Origin: Octopus vulgaris
Taxonomy: Eukaryota
Assembly (NCBI GenBank): GCA_951406725.2
Contig: OX597829.1
Coordinates: 29,140,001 to 29,204,000 of the forward strand
Length of the DNA stretch: 64,000 nt
Direction: 5' to 3'
The notes beneath the pieces are model-generated. The model was not told the origin of the DNA. It did no database searches and was given only the letters and a program-made list of their open reading frames with translations. The translations under genes were made by a program, and so were the position numbers. Position 1 is the stretch's first letter. Each line of letters opens with the position of its first letter. Positions 13,388 to 27,704 of this stretch are shown one piece after another.

Positions 13388-13795
13388 CATTTTATAAAGG
13401 GCTTAGTAAAATAAATTACTTTGCCACATACTGAACTCATTAGAAATAGCAGCCAAAAAAATTTTTTTAGCCATTTCTAATACTTAAAGAAAATTTCTCT
13501 CAGATAGTGTTTACTCAAAATAACCCACGAAGGTATGGGGGTAAAAACATTAAAAAATCACAAGTGCAAAGATTATTTGAGAACGTACGTTTCTAGATCA
13601 GCCAAATACAATTCGACATTTCTTTCGTCAGCTCAAAATTTCTTAATTCGGACTTGTAAACACTGAAAGTAGGAGCAAACCCTTTTGGCGACTTTTCACC
13701 TCCGAAGATCCGCTCAAACTAACAGTGCCAACAAATTCAAAATATGCAAGCGAAGAATTTCTGCCCTCCCCTTCCACCCACGTGGGCTAAACTAT
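13385..13795 (-). mobile_element. HHR-bearing PLE-like insert in (TA)n
   Basis: Unique sequence of about 410 bp between TA tracts, containing the HHR at 13576-13637. Confidence 0.65.
13576..13637 (-). ncRNA. Type I hammerhead ribozyme (first stem II pair mismatched)
   Basis: Minus strand: tttgag-CTGACGA-aagaaatgtcgaattgtatttggctgatcta-GAAA-cgtacg-TT-ctcaaa. Confidence 0.75.
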
Positions 13796-14079
13796 ATATG
13801 TATGTATATATTTATGTGTGTGTGTCTGTGTCTGTGTCTGTTTTCCCACCATCGCTTGACAACCGATGATGGTGTGTTTCCGGCCCCCATAACTTAGCAG
13901 CTCGGCAAAAGAGTCTGATAGAATAAGTACTAGGCTTGCAAAGTCCTGGGGTCGATTTCTTCAACTAAAAAAAATCCTTTAAGGTGACGCTCCAGCCTGA
14001 CTGAAACAAGTAATATATATGATATTATGTCCCAGTACAGTTTTCCCAGGACTCACCAGTGGGAATGGAATCACTGATA

Positions 14080-14592
14080 TCTATATATATAAAACTGTAG
14101 TTGTGTGAGTGTCTGTCCCCTTCGATTTAGATTCCTAACTACTCCCACATTTTGCGGTGCAGTTTAACCAAATTCGGGTATCTTATAGTCGTGATTCATA
14201 TCAAGCCCGTCTGAGTATTAGCGCGTGTCTACGATGAGTCTACGATTTTAAAAATAATTTAACATCATTTTTTATTCCATTTTAATGCATAATTTATCGT
14301 GTGTCGATGGCGGTGGAGTTGGCGTCCATGGTCACACCTGCACCTGTGTTGCTTCTCCCCTTCTTCCCTCCCTCGTGAAGCTGTGGGGAAGGGAGTGTAA
14401 GGAAATCAACGTCGTAAAGCGTTGTCAAGGAGACCAGCGTTCTTTTAGAACAACGACTTCATGGCTTGAAGACACCAAAACAGAAATGGCTAAGAAAGCC
14501 CAAATTGGCATCTATAAGGGAAGTAACTCTCTAAAAATGCTTATATAGTTATTTCCCTTACAAACCCGAGCAACGCCGGGCGATACTGCTAG
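14080..14592 (+). mobile_element. Non-autonomous Helitron
   Basis: 5' TC (tctatatatataaaac), 3' hairpin cccgagcaacgccggg then CTAG, inserted between A and T. Confidence 0.88.
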
Positions 14593-15298
14593 TAAATGAT
14601 AAAAGATAAAACACTAATATAAAAATATAAAAACAAACCCTAGCAAATGAAACATTTGCCTCATCAGGATTTGATCCCGGGATTCAAAGACTCTTCTAAC
14701 TGGAATATCATTGCTCACTATTTCAGCTGGCGTGTGCTTGCTGACTCTACAAACCTCCCAACTGTTATAAGATACAAAACAGAAATTGGCTGAAACACAA
14801 GAAGTTATTTATAAGATAAATAGATAACAGTATGAATAAACAGCAACATCAACAACAACAACATTAATAATAATAATAATATCAAAGAGATATGACAGAA
14901 AATTAAGAATTATTATTTTTTTTTTTTTCTCATAAAATAGATTTAACAATTAGATATTGTAAAAACAAAATAATAAGATTTAAATATAACACGAGTAATA
15001 AACATGATACGAATATAAATATTACAACAATAAATGTATAAGAACTAAATATAAGTTAGAGAAGTAGAAAACAGATTAAATTTTTTTTCCATGGGGGGGG
15101 GGAGAAATATAATTGTCATCATCACCACCACTGCCGCCAACAGCATCATCATCATCATCATCATCATAACTATCATTGTCTTCATCATCGTTGTCATTGT
15201 TGTCATCATCTTCGTCGTCATTATCATCATCACCATCATCATCATTGAATACTTTTGTTGTATTTTGACATAACCTGTCATTTTCACAAAACTCTCTG

Positions 15299-15331
<33 letters not shown>

Positions 15332-15636
15332 ATAGAGAATATTTCTCTCTTTAAAACATATTTTCGTCCTAGATATGAAAAAAAACAGTTGAATGGAGGA
15401 AGTGAGTTCAGTTTCCAGACTGGGCTGTGTGTTGTGTCCTTGAGCAAGACACTTTATTTCACATTGCTCCATTTCACACAGCTGTAGAAATGAGTTGCAT
15501 TGTCTCTGGTGCAAGCTGCATTGGCCTTTGCCTTTCCTTTGGACAACACCGGTGGCATGGAGAGGGGAGGTTGGTATGCATGGGCAACTGCTAGTCTTCC
15601 ATAAACAACCTTGCTCGGACTTGTATAAGCACATAT

Positions 15637-16480
15637 ATGTTATACTTGGCACTGGTTGATCTAGAGAAAGCTTCTGATAGAATACCTCACTGTGTGATAT
15701 GGTGGGCCCTGAAGAAACTAGTGGTAGACGAGTGGTTTGTGAAAGCTGTACAGGTCATGTACAGAGGTTCTGTCAGTAACATGAGATTTAATCATGAATG
15801 CAATGATGAATTTGGTGTATAGGTATGCATCCATCAGGGCTTGGTTCTCAGTCCCCTTCTTTCCATCATTATCCTCCAGGCCATAACAGAGGAATTGAAG
15901 ACCGGCAGCCCCTGGGAATTACTATATACTAATGATCTTGCTCTAATAGATTTTACAACAGGACTAGAAGAGAAATTCCAGATGTGGAAGCAAAACCTGG
16001 AATTGAAGGGCTTTAAGGTTAACTTAGCAAAAACTAAGGTTTTAGTCAGTAAGGAAAAAGACAGGGCTCTGCCCACTTCAGGTAAATGGCCTTGCTCAAT
16101 ACACACGAAAGGTGTAGGTAGGAATTAAACACAGTGTAGCTAGTACAAGCTATCAACACACAAGAGATGCAGTGAAATAATAGGAAGGCTATCAGAGAAA
16201 GTGCAATGGATGTGCAGTGTCAATGTACATGCATAACAGAGCACTAGTGTATTGAGAGAAGGATTAGGTATGAACAGGTTTGGTCATGTGATGTGAATGG
16301 ATGTAGATAGCTTCATAAAGAAGTGCCAATCACTTAAAATGGATGGAACAACTGAGAGAAGGAAACCCAGGAAGACATGGGACAAAGTATTGAAGGCTGG
16401 TTTCAGGACACTGCCTTGCAAAGATGACAAAGAGCTGAGATATGTGGCATATTGTTGTACTTGAGAAGACCCACCCATTA
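15637..16480 (+). pseudogene. Decayed RTE reverse-transcriptase fragment
   Basis: DLEKASDRIP, HQGLVLSPLL, LLYTNDLALI and VNLAKTKVL motifs, interrupted by stops. Confidence 0.85.
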
Positions 16481-16754
16481 CAACAGTATTGTTAATGCTC
16501 CCCTCCCTGCTGAAGTGGTTTTTGAGTTACAAGAGCCTTCATGCCAGTCCATGTAAAAAGCATCCATGCTAGTGCCACATAAAAAGCACCCAGCATACTC
16601 TGTAAAGTGGTTGGCATTAGGAAGAGCATCAAGCCGTAGAAACCAAACCAAAAAGCATTAGTGATAAAGTTAGGAAGTAGAAGGGGGAGAAGAAGAAGAA
16701 GAAGAAGAAGAAGAAGAAGAAGAAGAAGAAGAAGAAGAAGAAGAAGAAGAAGAA

Positions 16755-16817
<63 letters not shown>

Positions 16818-16989
16818 GATGATGATAATGATGATGATGAAGAAGAAGAAGAAAGAGAAGGGAGAATATGAATGAGTGGAAGTAGTGAGTTGTTGTATGA
16901 CTTAAAGTTGGCACATTATGGGTTATAGCTGTGATTGAGGCTGAATTTTAATGGATTCTTAGGAATGTAATATTTGCATGTGAATTTGT

Positions 16990-17480
16990 GTTATTCTAAA
17001 GGTGGATATATCGTTTGTCGTAGACCGTTCAGAAAGGGCCTGTATTTTGTAATAAAGAGAGTTTCTTTACTTATCCATTGGCTCGAGGTTGTATCGTCCC
17101 TGAATTGGTAGAGGGGGAAAAATCCTGAAGTTTGGTGTTTTGTTGTTGGCGCAAATATCTATGTGTTGGCTGAATGCTATTTTTCTGTTTTGGGGAATTT
17201 TTATCAGGGATCTGTGCAGGGCCATTCTTTTATGCAAACTATTTTTTGTTTGGCCTATGTATTGCTTTTGACACCCAGAGCAGGTTAGTGTGTATATCAG
17301 GTTCTCTGAAGCACATGTGAAGTTGCTTTTCACTGTAAACCGTTCTCCCTGTTTGAAGGAGAACTCTGATCCCTCAATTAGATAATTGCATATCCCACAA
17401 TTGGGTCTTCCACATTTTTTTACTGTTGGCTTCTGTGTTGAAGAGCGTATTCGGGCTTGTGTTAGGAGACTTTTCATGTT
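16990..17480 (-). pseudogene. Penelope-like (Neptune-type) GIY-YIG endonuclease fragment
   Basis: CGRPNCGIC Zn-knuckle, FTCASENLIYTLTCSGCQKQYIGQT, KRMALHRS; after a frameshift KETLFITKYRPFLN. Confidence 0.88.
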
Positions 17481-17592
17481 ACCTAACACTCCATTGTATT
17501 CTTAGTGTGAAACCAATTGGTAAGATCATCCATGATGGATATATAATACTGTACATTTTGGATAATACACTTACTCTATTGACAGATATACA

Positions 17593-17825
17593 AGGTGGCG
17601 AGCTGGCAGAAATGTTAGCATGCCGGGTGAAATGCTTAGCGGTATTTCGTCTGCCGCTACGTTCTGAGTTCAAATTCAGCTGAGGTCGAATTTGCCTTTT
17701 ATCCTTTCAGAGTCAATTAAGTAAGTACCAGCTACGCACTGGGGTCGATATAATCGACTTAATCTGTTTGCCTGTCCTTGTTTGTCCCCTCTGTGTGTAG
17801 CCACTTGTGGGTAGTAAAGAAATAA
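17593..17825 (+). mobile_element. tRNA-derived SINE family B (Meta-domain-like)
   Basis: ggcgagctggcagaa head, gttcaaattc B box, gccttt(c/t)atcctttc core, gtgggtagtaaagaaata tail. Confidence 0.85.
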
Positions 17826-17939
17826 AATAAGATATAGAAGTGCATCTTTTTCTTGACATATGCACTCTTAGACAACTCATGCACACACACACACACACAT
17901 ATATATGTATACATACATAAATATATATATATATATATA

Positions 17940-18499
17940 TGTATGCAAAAAGTTTGTCTGGTTTTGGCATTGAGAACGGGTTAAAGGCCACTAGATCCCG
18001 TCGGATTGACTTCAAAATTTACAGGGACATGTAAAATGAGGTGAGGATGCGGGTGGGCTAGGTTAGAAATCCCCATCTTAAAAGGTGTGGTTGCTAGGGC
18101 CAAAAACGCACACTTTGACCAGTCTACTCTCATTCTTTTCTGTGTCTGTCTTTCTCCATCTCTCACTCTCTTTCCTCCCTTCCTTTCACCTTCTCTCTAT
18201 AACGTCATTTCACAGCGTCTACCTCCCTTCCCTTCACTTTCTCTCTATAACGTCGTTTCACAGCGTCTACCTCCACTTTCTCTCTATAATGTTATAGAGA
18301 GAAAGTGAAAGGAAGGGAGAAAGTAATAATGAGTGAATGAGAATAACGACGAAGGGTTTAGAAAGTGTAAAAGTATTTTCTTTCTCAACTTACTCAAGAT
18401 CTTTTGTTGTTTATAAATGGGAGAGAGATAGATAGAGAAAGATAGAGAGTAAGAGAAAGCGAGGGAAAGTCTACTATCTTTCCCCTGCCGCCTTCACCA

Positions 18500-18538
<39 letters not shown>

Positions 18539-19775
18539 ACGTCTGTCTGCATTCATAGAGAGAATTATCATCGCCACCACCATCACACAATCATGAGAAC
18601 AAATATTATGAATCAGATATTTATTGGGTTAATTAATATGTGTGTGTGTGTGTGTGTGTGTTCTATATATAAATATGTATATATAATGTATATATACAAA
18701 GTATATATATATATAACTGGCTTCTCAGACCACAGTTGAACCGTCCAACCCATGCTAGCATGAAAAGCGGACGCTAAATGATGATGATGATGATGATGAT
18801 ATAATTTGTATACATTTATATATATAATGCATACACACATGTGCACACACACATACACACACACACATATATATATATATATAATGTGTGCATTATGTAG
18901 TCGGTTGAGCTGAAAATATGCACATCTATGTACTGGCGAGTTTGCATGGCAACTATTTTTTCCTCAAATGAAAGGCATGACCTCTAGGACAAAATTCCTC
19001 ATTTATATAAAATGTGGCTCGAGTAGACCCGAACAAAATCAGGTTATATTCACCAAAATGTGAAAAGGGGTCTAAACGGGGCTTGAAGGGGATTAAAATT
19101 TACAGGAGCGTGTGTGTAGGAATTCTCTGTTACATCAAGCTAAAAAATTTGCGCCAGCCCTTAAATCGTCAATGTGTTGCCGTCCATGATGAAGTTTTGA
19201 ATGCTTGCCATGGTGAGTCTACTGTCGTGAGAAAGAATCACTTCAAAACTTGGTGTTTAGGAATTTTCTTTTACATCAAGTTCAAAATTTTATGCCAGCC
19301 GTTAAACTGCCACTACGTTGCTGTCCGTCGTTAACAAATGACAGCCATGGTGACTCTACTATCCTCAGATTCTATCCCTTCAAACTTTGGTTTCCAATAT
19401 TTTTTTTATTTTTATTCAGCTCGCAAGTTCGTCCGTCCCTTTTAAATGTTAGTGTTTTGCTGTCTGCCTTGAATCAGACCTTTCCATTGTTACTGCCTGA
19501 TATTTATGATTGATCTTTCAAATATATTCTTTCTCAACTTAATCAAGATCTTTTGTTGTTTATAAATGGGAGAGAGATAGATAGATAGAGAAAGCTAGAG
19601 AGTAAGGGAAAGCAAGGGAGAGTCTGAGAGGAAGGAAGAGAAAGAGAGTGGGAAAGTGAGAGAGAAAGGAGAGAGAAACAAAGAGGGAGAATGTGGTGAT
19701 AAAAAACAGAAAGGAAGCAACAGAAAGTTACAACCACACTCTTACCCGCGCGTAGAGCAGGTCACCGTAAGCTAG
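17940..19775 (+). mobile_element. Probable Helitron-derived element with internal duplication and nested repeats
   Basis: 3' end acccgcgcgtagagcaggt...CTAG|T at 19772-19775; internal direct repeat of about 95 bp (18378-18472 / 19527-19625); 5' boundary uncertain. Confidence 0.55.
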
Positions 19776-19776
19776 T

Positions 19777-19831
<55 letters not shown>

Positions 19832-19869
19832 CTGGAACTGGAATCAATCAATCAATCAATATATATATG

Positions 19870-20510
19870 GTGATGCAAACAGGAAATACAGAACTCAAAA
19901 TATGAGGATATGTATATTTTTATTAATATTTACCAGAAAAAACAAAGTGACTCACAGTTACTCTGAGAGGTCGAAGAGTTTCATGCATTAGCACTTATCA
20001 AACTAGTTACTGTACAGGCTGAAGGGCTTAAACACACCTTGAAATTGTGCATAGGCTAGGTAGGGCTAGGGTTTTCATCCTGGGTTGTCAACACCCACTG
20101 GTTTGAAGTCCATTAAGAGGGTATATCTTTAATGATAACAATCGGACAGATTATTTTACCTGTTATTTTTACTGCAGTCTGTTGTAGTGTATATTGTTTT
20201 CCATAGAGGCAATTATGAACTCTAACCTGTCGAGGGCTCTACATGTCATGTTGGGTAAGTTGTTTCTATAATTCTGAAGTTTCCAGATGAAACAGAACAG
20301 AAACGTACAGTTTTTTCTGTCCTTACACCTGAAAGAGTGCATGTGTGGTATAAATCTTTTTTGGGTATCAATGGCTGGTATATCTATATAGTGTTTGTTA
20401 TGTCCATGTCGTTGGTGATTGACTATATAGGCCATAGTTGTTGTGATGTACAATTTCAGGGTATATTATTCTGTTTACCCTCGGTGAGATCATTTCCTCC
20501 ACTACTTATT
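19870..20510 (-). pseudogene. Decayed Penelope GIY-YIG C-terminus plus 3' region with decayed HHR-like core
   Basis: HYIDIP...KRFIPHMHSFR...NCTFL..FIWKL resembles the PLE YIG..KR..H..SF...N.T.LS..IW.L pattern; TTGATAA-gtgc taat gcat-GAAA at about 19969-20004. Confidence 0.55.
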
Positions 20511-21947
20511 ATCACATGGCTATAATTGCACAACACAGAGAAGCTCAACATGCAAACTGATATGTAACTGACACTGCTAAATTGGTTTATCTCACCATGT
20601 TATTACTATCATCACTGAAATTTCAAACCCTACAAACTGTCACCTACATGACACCGACATCCTGTTTTCTCTACTAAGTGAAATATATAATGAAAGAATT
20701 GCTCTCATTGCCAAGCCAAAGTATCTATATGACCTGAATCAATCACTGGAAACCCAAATATCTCACACACACACACACACACACACACCCGAGATGCCAT
20801 TTCAAAATTTCTTTTAAATTCTCTTTACCCTGACAGTCACATCTGAACATGTGGACATGTTCTGCACTTGTTGGTGCTTAATGTGGCTGACAGAAAAGAA
20901 AAAAAAGGAAAACCTATTGAAGGCACTGCCTAGTATGGCCTCCACATCATTGACTGGAGCTAGGAAAAGGAATCAATCCAATTTGCATAAGTCCTTGGAA
21001 GATTCTCTTATGTGTATATAGAAAAACAGAATAGAGATGCTTTATGGTAAGATGCTAAGAGGAGGGGGGAGGAGGAGGAGGAGGAAAAGAGACAGAGAGA
21101 GAGAGAAAAAGAAAGAGACAGAGAGAGAAAAAGAAAGAGACAGAGAGAGAAAAAGAGACAGAGAGAGAAAAAGAGACACAGAGAGAGAAAGAGACAGAGA
21201 GAGAGAGAGAGAGTGTATTTGTGTGGGAGAGAGAATATAAGAGAGAGAAATGTCAAAGAAGGAGAGACAGAGAGAGAAAGAGTGGTGTGAATGAGCTAAT
21301 GTGAGAGGGATAGTGGGGTGAGGGCAAACTGTCAGAGAGCATCAAAGAGAGGGAGAAAGAAAGAGAGGGGTGTGGGTGTGGAGAGAGAGAGAGAGAGAGT
21401 GTGTGTGTGTGAGAGAGAGAGAATAAGTGTGAGAGAGTAAGAAAGAGAGAGAGAGAGAGAGTGAAGGAGACAAAGAGGGTGAGAAAATGTTAGAGAAAGA
21501 GGAAGAGAGGGGTGTGGATGTGGAGAAAGAGAGCGCTTGACAGAGGGAGAGTAGAAGAGAGTGACTTAGCAAGAGAGTATGAAAAGGAGAGAGGCACAGA
21601 GAGAGAGAGAGAGAGAGATAACAGACATGTGTGAGACAGACGTGCAGACAGATAGAACAATAGACAGACAGTTAGACAAACATGCAGTTAGACTCAGAAT
21701 GATAGACAGACAGATTGGCAAACAGTTTAAGACAGACGGACACACAGACAGTCATAGTCAGCAGTTTGTGTTTCTAGAGACCATAGGAAGTAACCCCAAA
21801 GAATTTAAAAGTATAAGTCTTAGAAAAAAAACATCATCTTTTCTTGGTTGTTGTGATTGAGGTGTTCTTGTTTACATTGTTGATGTTCTTGCTGTTGTCT
21901 TCGTTCTTGATGTCGTTGTTATTAGTGCTGTTCTTATGTTGTCGTTG

Positions 21948-22739
<792 letters not shown>

Positions 22740-23696
22740 TGTCTGTCTGTCTGTCTACTCTTTTACCAACTTTGATAAATTTCCTGCAATAATTAAAAGA
22801 TGAGAAATTATTGATTTGAGGTAAGTCTAGGAATAAATAGCTGAGATAGAGACAGAACTTCTAAATTCACTTCAGATTCCAGGACATTCTATTGTCTGAG
22901 CCAATGTCATCATTCTTGGAATCTTGAGCTAAGAGATCATTGTCCATTGGTTTATGGTACCCTCATCATTGTCATCATTGTCATCACCTACCTACTGGTG
23001 GCATCATCATCTTCATCATCATCAGCAGCAGCAGCAACACTACCAATAGCACCATCATCATCATCACCACCACTACCTCCACCATCATCATCTTCATCAT
23101 CATCATCATCATTGTCAGCATCATAGCAAAAGGGTAAAGACCTCCTTCGTTCAAGAATAACCCTGCGATTAAACCTAGAAAGTTGCCCTCCAAGGCACAA
23201 GTCCAAACAAGGTTGTTTATGAAAGACAGACAGACAGACAGAGACAAAGAGACAGAGACAGACAGAGAGAGTGAGACAGACAGACAAGCAGGCAGTTAGA
23301 CAGACGGGCAAGCAGATAGAAAGAGACAGACAGACAGACAGACAATCAGACAGACAGACAATCAAACGGACAGACAGAGAATAAGAGAGAGAGAGAGAGA
23401 GACTGAAGCAGAATGATTGAAACTTAAACAGAGCATTTGAAGAAAAATGAATATTTGCCATTTATTTTTAATTAATTGTAAATCCCAGAAAATTTGGTTT
23501 AGAATTTTTCTTTGGATCTTGTAGTGCTATATTCAAATCCCACTGAGAAATTAGGCATATTTTTGTGATAAAATAACATATTTGTTATTCTACCAGAGAT
23601 TTGATTTGACCAAGATTCCTTCAAATAAAAATTATTTCATGGAAAATTTATGGAAGGCACTCAAATGTATGTGTGTAAATATATGCATACATAAGT

Positions 23697-23725
<29 letters not shown>

Positions 23726-23729
<4 letters not shown>

Positions 23730-24180
23730 ATTAAGAGAAATAACCTCTATTAAGTCATTCAATAGTGAAAGACATTATCTACACCATATAGAAATAATTT
23801 TAAATATACTATAATAAATATTATTCAAAAAATCACTTAATTAAATAAATATTAAATTGACTACATGTGTTTCATGGCTATATTTTTAAAGCAAACTAAT
23901 TTAAAAGTATTGATTTTATTATTATTAATTTAAAGATATAGTCAGGAAACGCGCGTAGTCAATTTAATGTTTATTTAATTTAGTGATTTTTTGAATAATG
24001 ATGATGATAGTATATTCAAAATTTTTCTCTATGGTGTAGATAAAGTCTTTCACTATTGAATTACCTAATAGAAGTTATTTCTCTTAATTATATTCATATA
24101 TTATATATTGTGAAATTTGATTTAGAATTGCTAAATTGAATTTTTCCCTGTAAGTTTGGAATTATATTCCCTATTATTAT
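23726..24180 (+). mobile_element. PLE-like fold-back element (palindrome 23726-24092 + tail)
   Basis: Inverted arms of about 165 bp; the right arm carries GAAA-cgcgcg-TA-gtcaa (HHR 3' half) and the left arm a CpG-decayed copy; tail shared with 38141-38222. Confidence 0.75.
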
Positions 24181-24212
24181 TATATATATATATATTCATA
24201 CATAATTTTTTA

Positions 24213-24244
<32 letters not shown>

Positions 24245-24259
24245 GATAGATAGATAGAT

Positions 24260-24549
24260 GTTGGCCGAAGCCAGTGCCGCCTCGACTGGCTTCCGTGCAG
24301 GTGGCACGTAAAATGCACCAATCTGACCGTGGCCGATGCCAGCCTCGCCTGGCTCCAGTGCAGGTGGCACGTAAAAAGCACCCACTACACTCGCGGAGTG
24401 GTTGGCGTTAGGAAGGGCATCCAGCTGTAGAAACATTGCCAGATAAGACCAGAGCCTGGTGCAGCCTTCTGGCTTCCCAGATCCCCGGTCGAACCGTCCA
24501 ACACATGCTAGCATGGAGAACGGACGTTAAACGATGATGATGATGATGA
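24260..24549 (+). mobile_element. RTE 3' UTR fragment with (GAT)n tail
   Basis: Near-identical to 12990-13287. Confidence 0.9.
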
Positions 24550-24558
24550 TACATATAT

Positions 24559-24621
<63 letters not shown>

Positions 24622-24629
24622 AATATATG

Positions 24630-24664
<35 letters not shown>

Positions 24665-24681
24665 ATATGTATGTATGCATA

Positions 24682-24749
<68 letters not shown>

Positions 24750-24751
<2 letters not shown>

Positions 24752-25330
24752 TACAAAGTGAGATAGGGGTTATGAGTGTAACCCACTATGGGATATCAGT
24801 TATCCAATATACTACTGGTGAAGTACCCAAAAGGCAAATACATAAATGCTTATAATTGCAATGCAATTAATTCATTTATTGTATTAGATGGGCGAAGGTA
24901 AAATATTTTACCTCAAATTCATAATACAAATAAGAAAATGGAGGAACAGATTCCTTTCAATCATCCACTTACAGATATTACCAATTCATATTATTCATTA
25001 ACTACTTAAATAGGAACATCCAAATCCAACAGAATAAAACAATATACATCAATAAGTAAGATAATACCATAAAAATAATACACATAAAATGGATCTTACA
25101 GCTGTTTCAGCCTGTAGATAAAGGTATCTCATTGTGCCTATATTAGTCAGATGTATTGAGGTAATATGCAGTTAAAAATGAGTTACTTATATATATATAT
25201 CAAGGCCTCGTCAGAGATTATAAAGTACAATTATAAAAATATACAAATGCAAATATAAATATGAAACAAAATACACATACACAAGATTGTAATATAGGCA
25301 CAATGAGATACCTTTATCTACAGGCTGAAA
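24750..25330 (-). mobile_element. HHR-bearing PLE-like element with a short inverted duplicate
   Basis: Abuts (TA)n; 24752-24940 matches the reverse complement of 34260-34458; 25105-25145 is inverted at 25290-25330. Confidence 0.7.
25092..25219 (-). ncRNA. Type I hammerhead ribozyme with a very long loop II
   Basis: Minus strand: atct-CTGACGA-ggcct(about 90 nt)aggct-GAAA-cagctg-TA-agat. Confidence 0.7.
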
Positions 25331-25990
25331 TTCTGCATTAAACTTGGGAACTCTGCTACAGAGACACTGAGCATGCCTTAGCAAGCTTACAGTGATGAGG
25401 CAATGGGTCATACATAATGTTTTGAGTGGCACAAGCGCTTCAAATGAAGAAGAATGTTCCTAGAAGATGATGAGTGATCTGGAAGACTTGCCATGAGCAT
25501 CACCCTTGGAAATGTGGCATTGTGCATCAAGAATTTGTCCCCCAGAGCCAGACTGTCAATTGAGAGTTCTACTGTGACATTTTGAAGCATTTGAGGAAGG
25601 ACATTTGGCAAAAGCAACCTGATCTGTGAAGCGCAAAGAATTGGGTTCTTCATGACAACAATGCACCCTGTCATTGAACTCTCCTTGTTTGTGAGTTTCT
25701 CACCAAAAAACAAGATGGTATCACTTCCGAACCCTCCCTATTCACCAGATTTAGCATCTGTGGACTTCCATCTCTTCCACAAGATGAAAATGCAGCTCAA
25801 AGGTTTGCCATCTTAATACTGTTGTCAAGATAAAGGGAAAATCACAGAAGGTCTGCAACTCTTTTATAGAAAACAACTTCCAGGCTGGATTCCAAAAGTG
25901 ACAGGAATGCTGGGACTGACATATTGCTGTGCAAGGTGACTATTTGGAAGGAGATGATGTTAAAACTTAGGTAAATAAGTTATTTTTTAT
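25325..25990 (+). mobile_element. Internally deleted mariner relic
   Basis: VLHDNNAPCH and PPYSPDLASVDFHLF motifs, interrupted by stops. Confidence 0.8.
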
Positions 25991-26134
25991 TAATCCACCT
26001 CATATGACACTGCTGCATATGGCTGCAAGTGTCTTCTACAATAGGCTCAGACTGTCCATAGCCTTGTGAGTGAATTTATTAATGGAAATTGAATTGAAAG
26101 AAGCCCATCAGATATATATATAAAAACTATAAAA

Positions 26135-26440
26135 ACTGGCACTCAATCAGTTATGATGACAAGGGTTCCAGCTGATCTGATCAACTGAGCAGCCTGCTGG
26201 TGAAATGAATATGCAAGTGGCCAAGCAGTCCACAGATGAACATGTCTTTAAATTAAATCTCTGGGAAATCAGCATGACACAGGGTGCAATAAGGCTGGCC
26301 CTTTGAATTATAGGTACAACTCATTTTTGCTAACTGAGTCGACTTGAGCAACATAAAATAAAGCATCCAATGCACCACTGGGGATCGAACTCACAACCTT
26401 ACAACCATGAGCCAAATATCCTAACCACTAAGCTATGTGC
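26135..26440 (-). mobile_element. tRNA-derived SINE family D (C-like head and core, different tail)
   Basis: Matches 38250-38545; B box gttcgatccc. Confidence 0.7.
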
Positions 26441-27126
26441 TTGCAGAGACAGGATGCTCATTTAGAGTTAGTAGTGAATGCCTAGTGGATGGGCAATGGA
26501 ATACTGAAGTTATGGTCCATGAAGTAACAGCAGTAGCAATGGAGGGATGCACATACAGAAATATATTGGGGGAAATAGAATCCTCCTTTAAGGCCAGGTT
26601 AAATAATCCCAGGTTCTCTTTTAGGATTCAATAGAGGTGTGACATTACAACATTAACCAGCTATATATGACAATTAAAAGAGAAAGGAACACCATACAAA
26701 ATCAACTGAAAACTGCTGGAACAACCTGAGCCATGCCCAAATGGGAACGGACTATGGAAGCTTTCCTTTTTTGAGAAGAAAGTAACCTTAAGAATTTCAC
26801 ACAATTCCAGGTGCATTTCTGTATTCAAAAAGTGAAATTTTTAGTCACTGCTCTAATCATAGAAATTTCATTTTGGGAACATGACCTTCCCTTTTTGAAA
26901 CTAGAAAACAGAAAACTTGTATGCTAGCACAGTTGACCCCTGACTGAAATTGAACAATGGGATGCAACTCTTTTATTCTAAGAAAGATTTTTTTATCATT
27001 TCACTACCAAGCTAACCAGGGCTGTATATTTACCTTCAGTATTATTTACCTCCAGTGTTTTTGGCTACCATGTCTGAAGAGTCAATAGTATTACCAAGTA
27101 CAATGGTAGACATGAAACCAATGGTT
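26440..27126 (+). pseudogene. Decayed Penelope GIY-YIG domain followed by a truncated HHR-like core
   Basis: CSFRVSSECLVDG...SFKARLNNPRFSFR...TTLTSYI*QLKEKG...SEIFSHC; CTGAAGA...GAAA-ccaatgg-TT at 27074-27126. Confidence 0.7.
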
Positions 27127-27669
27127 GAGGAAGAGAGAGAGAGCATGAGGGTAATAGGGTGAGAAATAGAGTGGAGTGAGAGAAAGAGGTGAAATATAGA
27201 CAGAGTGAGAGTGTGTGGGTGAGAGAGACTCAGAGAATCAGAGAGATAGAGAGAGAGAGTAAGAATATAAGGGTGAGTCAGAGAGTGAGAAAAGACTGAG
27301 AGTGTAAGTGAATGAGGGAGAGAGGGGGTGTCCGTGGGTGAGAGAGAGAGAGGGCATGGGTGAGAAGGAGGGTGAGAAAGAGAGACAGGATGAAAGTATT
27401 TGGGTGAGAGAGAGAGAGAGAGAGTATGAAAGAGGAGGAGGCTGAGATTAATACTGAAATAAAAGGATGGTGAATAAGATTATCTAAACCAAAGAGACTC
27501 AAAAACAGTTGAAATAAAGATAGGAAAAACAGAGTGAAAGTATGTATGAGAGTGTATGTATGTGAGTGTATGTGAATATGAGTGTCAGTGAGTGTGTGTA
27601 TGTGTGAGCAGGAGAGGAAAGAATGAAGGTGAGAGTGATAATTATAAAATTTATAAATTATCTTGTTAA

Positions 27670-27704
<35 letters not shown>

